A stretch of 64,000 nucleotides of DNA from Balanoglossus misakiensis. Lineage: Eukaryota > Animalia > Hemichordata. Below are positions 61,599 through 64,000 of the stretch, one piece after another (within the stretch, counting starts at the first letter, position 1; each line of letters begins with the position of its first letter). Where the stretch lies: contig CM082579.2 in the NCBI GenBank assembly GCA_040954595.2, positions 5,142,879 to 5,206,878 of the forward strand, read 5' to 3'. Under the pieces are notes generated by a model. The model ran no database searches, had not been told where the DNA came from, and saw only the letters and a list, made by a program, of their open reading frames with translations. The position numbers and the translations under genes are program-made.

Positions 61599-63819
61599 TT
61601 ATAATGCAGGTGCTTCCCTGGGTTCGATGAGGATTTCATTGATAGCCACGTGTGGAGGTTGTGAAACTGCATAGACAATGGCCTTGGCGATGTCTTCCGG
61701 ATCGAGTATCTGGCACAGCTGACTGCCATCGTACTTTTCTTTTGCCTGCAAATATGATGAGAAGTTTTTTAGCTGCCATTTGCTACATAGCTGTGGGAGT
61801 TTATGACATCAGTCAGTCAATGTGTGTGTGGCATGTGCGTTTATGCATTATGAACATGTATAATTTGACTGTCCAGTTCACTGTAGTGTTCGAAGTGTAG
61901 AGATATTACCAAAACTAATTTAGCATGTGTGTCACCAGAGGGCGCTCTACATGATTCTGCCCTGCCTTTGGGCACTCTCCCCTTAGACTTTACAGGAACA
62001 TTTAATCCTTTCACCTCTATAGAGGTCTCACTTTACCATAGAAAACAATGGATTTGGACCAAACCATGGCAGCTAAAAGGTTAACCTTTCACAATGTACC
62101 AGGATGATGTTGTGGCTCCCAGCAATAAAAAAATAGTACTAACCTCTTCATCTGTTGTGGCTTGGACCAACTCTGTTTTAACATCTCCGGGTTGAATGTT
62201 GGTCACCTTGACGCCTGTTCCAACCAACTCCTGCCTCAGTGCACACGACATGCCTTCCACAAAGAACTTAGTCCCCGAGTACACAGCCAGTCCTGGGAAG
62301 CCCTGTACATTTAAAGTCAACATGTTGGGATTAATGTCCAATATGAGCACACATTGCCGGAAGTCATGAATCTTTGCATATAGTGTGCATCCAAAGTCAC
62401 AAAAAATTCTGGACGATATACTTTCTTTTCATTTTGTAACTGTAAATACTTGCCCTCCTGCCTGCATCCGATGATATGTTGACAATGTGTCCCTTGCCCC
62501 TTGAGATCATACCGTCCAATACAGCACCAATACTGTTCAATACACCCTAGAAGAGGAGAACCAATCAAAGGACAGAATTCACCATTGTGTAATCAGAACA
62601 ATCAAAAGAATCTAAAATAACCAAATGTCAAAAGTTAAGAGACTTTGTCCCTTTAATCTGTGGACAAAAGTGACTTCATCTGCTCCTGACCTTGCAGTTG
62701 ACATCCACTGTCCTCTCCCACTCATCTTCGTGTAAATTCTTCATCATGGTGTAATACATGATGCCGGCATTGTTGACGATGATGTCCACCGGTCCGAGAG
62801 TTGATTCTGTGTGTCTGACCAGCTCCTTCACCTGCAAGATTTCATGAATACCATATGTATTCTGGGGGTTTAATGATTTTTTGTCAACGCATAAACAGAC
62901 TTGGTACAGTAACACACAAATTGGAATGGCGTTTCATTCTGCTAGGAGGGCCCATATTGCATACTGTGTGATTATTTATACTATAAATAAGAATTATCTC
63001 TCGCCTAACACCAGCTCCTACTTACTTCACTGCGGTTACAGACGTCTGTTTTGACCGCGATGGCCACTCCTCCATTCTTCTCAATAGTCTCCCGCACCTC
63101 GCTCAGTCTGTCTTCCCGTCTTGCTGCCATGGCAACCATAGCCCCAGCCTCAGCCAGTTGGGTAGCAACAGCCTTGCCAATCCCACTGGATGCGCCGGTC
63201 ACTATGGCTACACGGTCTTTCAATAGTTTTTGATCTGAAACAATATGGAATATATAAACTGCATGATTCTGCACAGAACTGAATGCTGCACCCCCAGGAG
63301 ATAAGTGGCATCTAAACAAACTAAAAGGGACTCGATGGGAATATCAAACACAGTGATAAATCTGCTGTACTATTCACCTGAACTAAGAGCTGCCATGATG
63401 GTCTGTGTATAATAGGGGGAGTACATGCACCAGGTTCACAAGAGGCCAGAGGTTATGAACTCCCTGCTGAATACCCATAAAGAAACATTGAAGTCTGCGA
63501 CCTGGGTGTTTGTCGCCCTCTAGTGATCACTTTTGCAGTAGCCCCCACACACTGTTTTAACGAAATTATATACAGAACTTGAGAAAAATAAATTTAATTT
63601 GATTGTGAAAAGACAACAGAGAGCAGGTACACTTGATGAATACACTTACCGTGAATATATCGTTTTGGTTGAGCGATGACATTCCTCTGTGCCAGATTCT
63701 TGAAGTAAACGGAAAGCAAGTCACTATTGAGGGACGGATAGGACATGCCAAACTCGGACAAAACGGCCTGCAAGTTGGTCAAACTGAACTTACTCAGTTC
63801 TGTAAATACTGATGAATTC
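61599..63819 (-). CDS. 3' portion of a multidomain oxidoreductase: putative thioester-reductase tail plus C-terminal YdfG-type SDR (candidate NRPS-like glycine betaine reductase, ATRR-like); 5' part beyond the window
   Basis: Exons 63819-63650 (alternative acceptor 63767), 63234-63026, 62831-62691, 62546-62454 (GC donor), 62302-62144, 61745-61599 in phase. SDR motifs [30 protein letters not shown]. The upstream in-frame exon ([32 protein letters not shown]) starts at a splice acceptor, so the protein continues upstream. Confidence 0.85.
62006..62080. mobile_element. Degenerate inverted copy of the TTAA-flanked MITE
   Basis: TTAA at 62002-05 and 62081-84. The internal TACCATAGAAAACAATGGATTTGGACCAAACCATGG is the reverse complement, with a few mismatches, of the interior of the 44434-44520 element. 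Confidence 0.7.
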
Positions 63820-64000
63820 CTAGACACAAAATCGAAACATGTATTGTCATAAAAAATCATGCTAGAGACTTGGAATAACACAGCACTGTGTGGGGAAATT
63901 AAAGTTTTGGGGCTGAAGTTGTACTAAGATAATGTACTATAGATGGATTTGTCTTGTACACAGTTCCACTATTCATATCTGAATGATTTTGTCTTGAACT

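Overview
This is eukaryotic, intron-rich DNA from an invertebrate animal, probably a deuterostome (inferred from gene content and similarity to vertebrate proteins). I reconstructed seven protein-coding genes by hand from splice signals and reading phase. In order: (1) an inverted-formin (INF2/FHDC1 family) gene on the minus strand with DID, a highly repetitive FH1, FH2 and a DAD-like motif, running off the left edge; (2) a TRIM2/TRIM3 ortholog after a ~23 kb non-coding interval; (3) CFAP97; (4) mitochondrial cysteinyl-tRNA synthetase CARS2, head-to-head with (5) an ING1/ING2 gene; (6) an intronless nucleotide-diphospho-sugar transferase; and (7) the spliced 3' part of a gene in which the apparent tail of a thioester-reductase domain is fused to a YdfG-type SDR closely resembling the R2 domain of the fungal NRPS-like glycine betaine reductase ATRR. 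Gene 7 is the most interesting signal, since it suggests an animal betaine-to-choline reduction route, but its A and T domains would lie beyond the right edge. The FHDC1-TRIM2 and CARS2-ING1 adjacencies mirror human gene order. Small TTAA-flanked MITEs, a GC-AG intron, an X-box, a CArG box and candidate alternative exons were also noted. All family assignments rest on motif recognition from memory; no searches were run.
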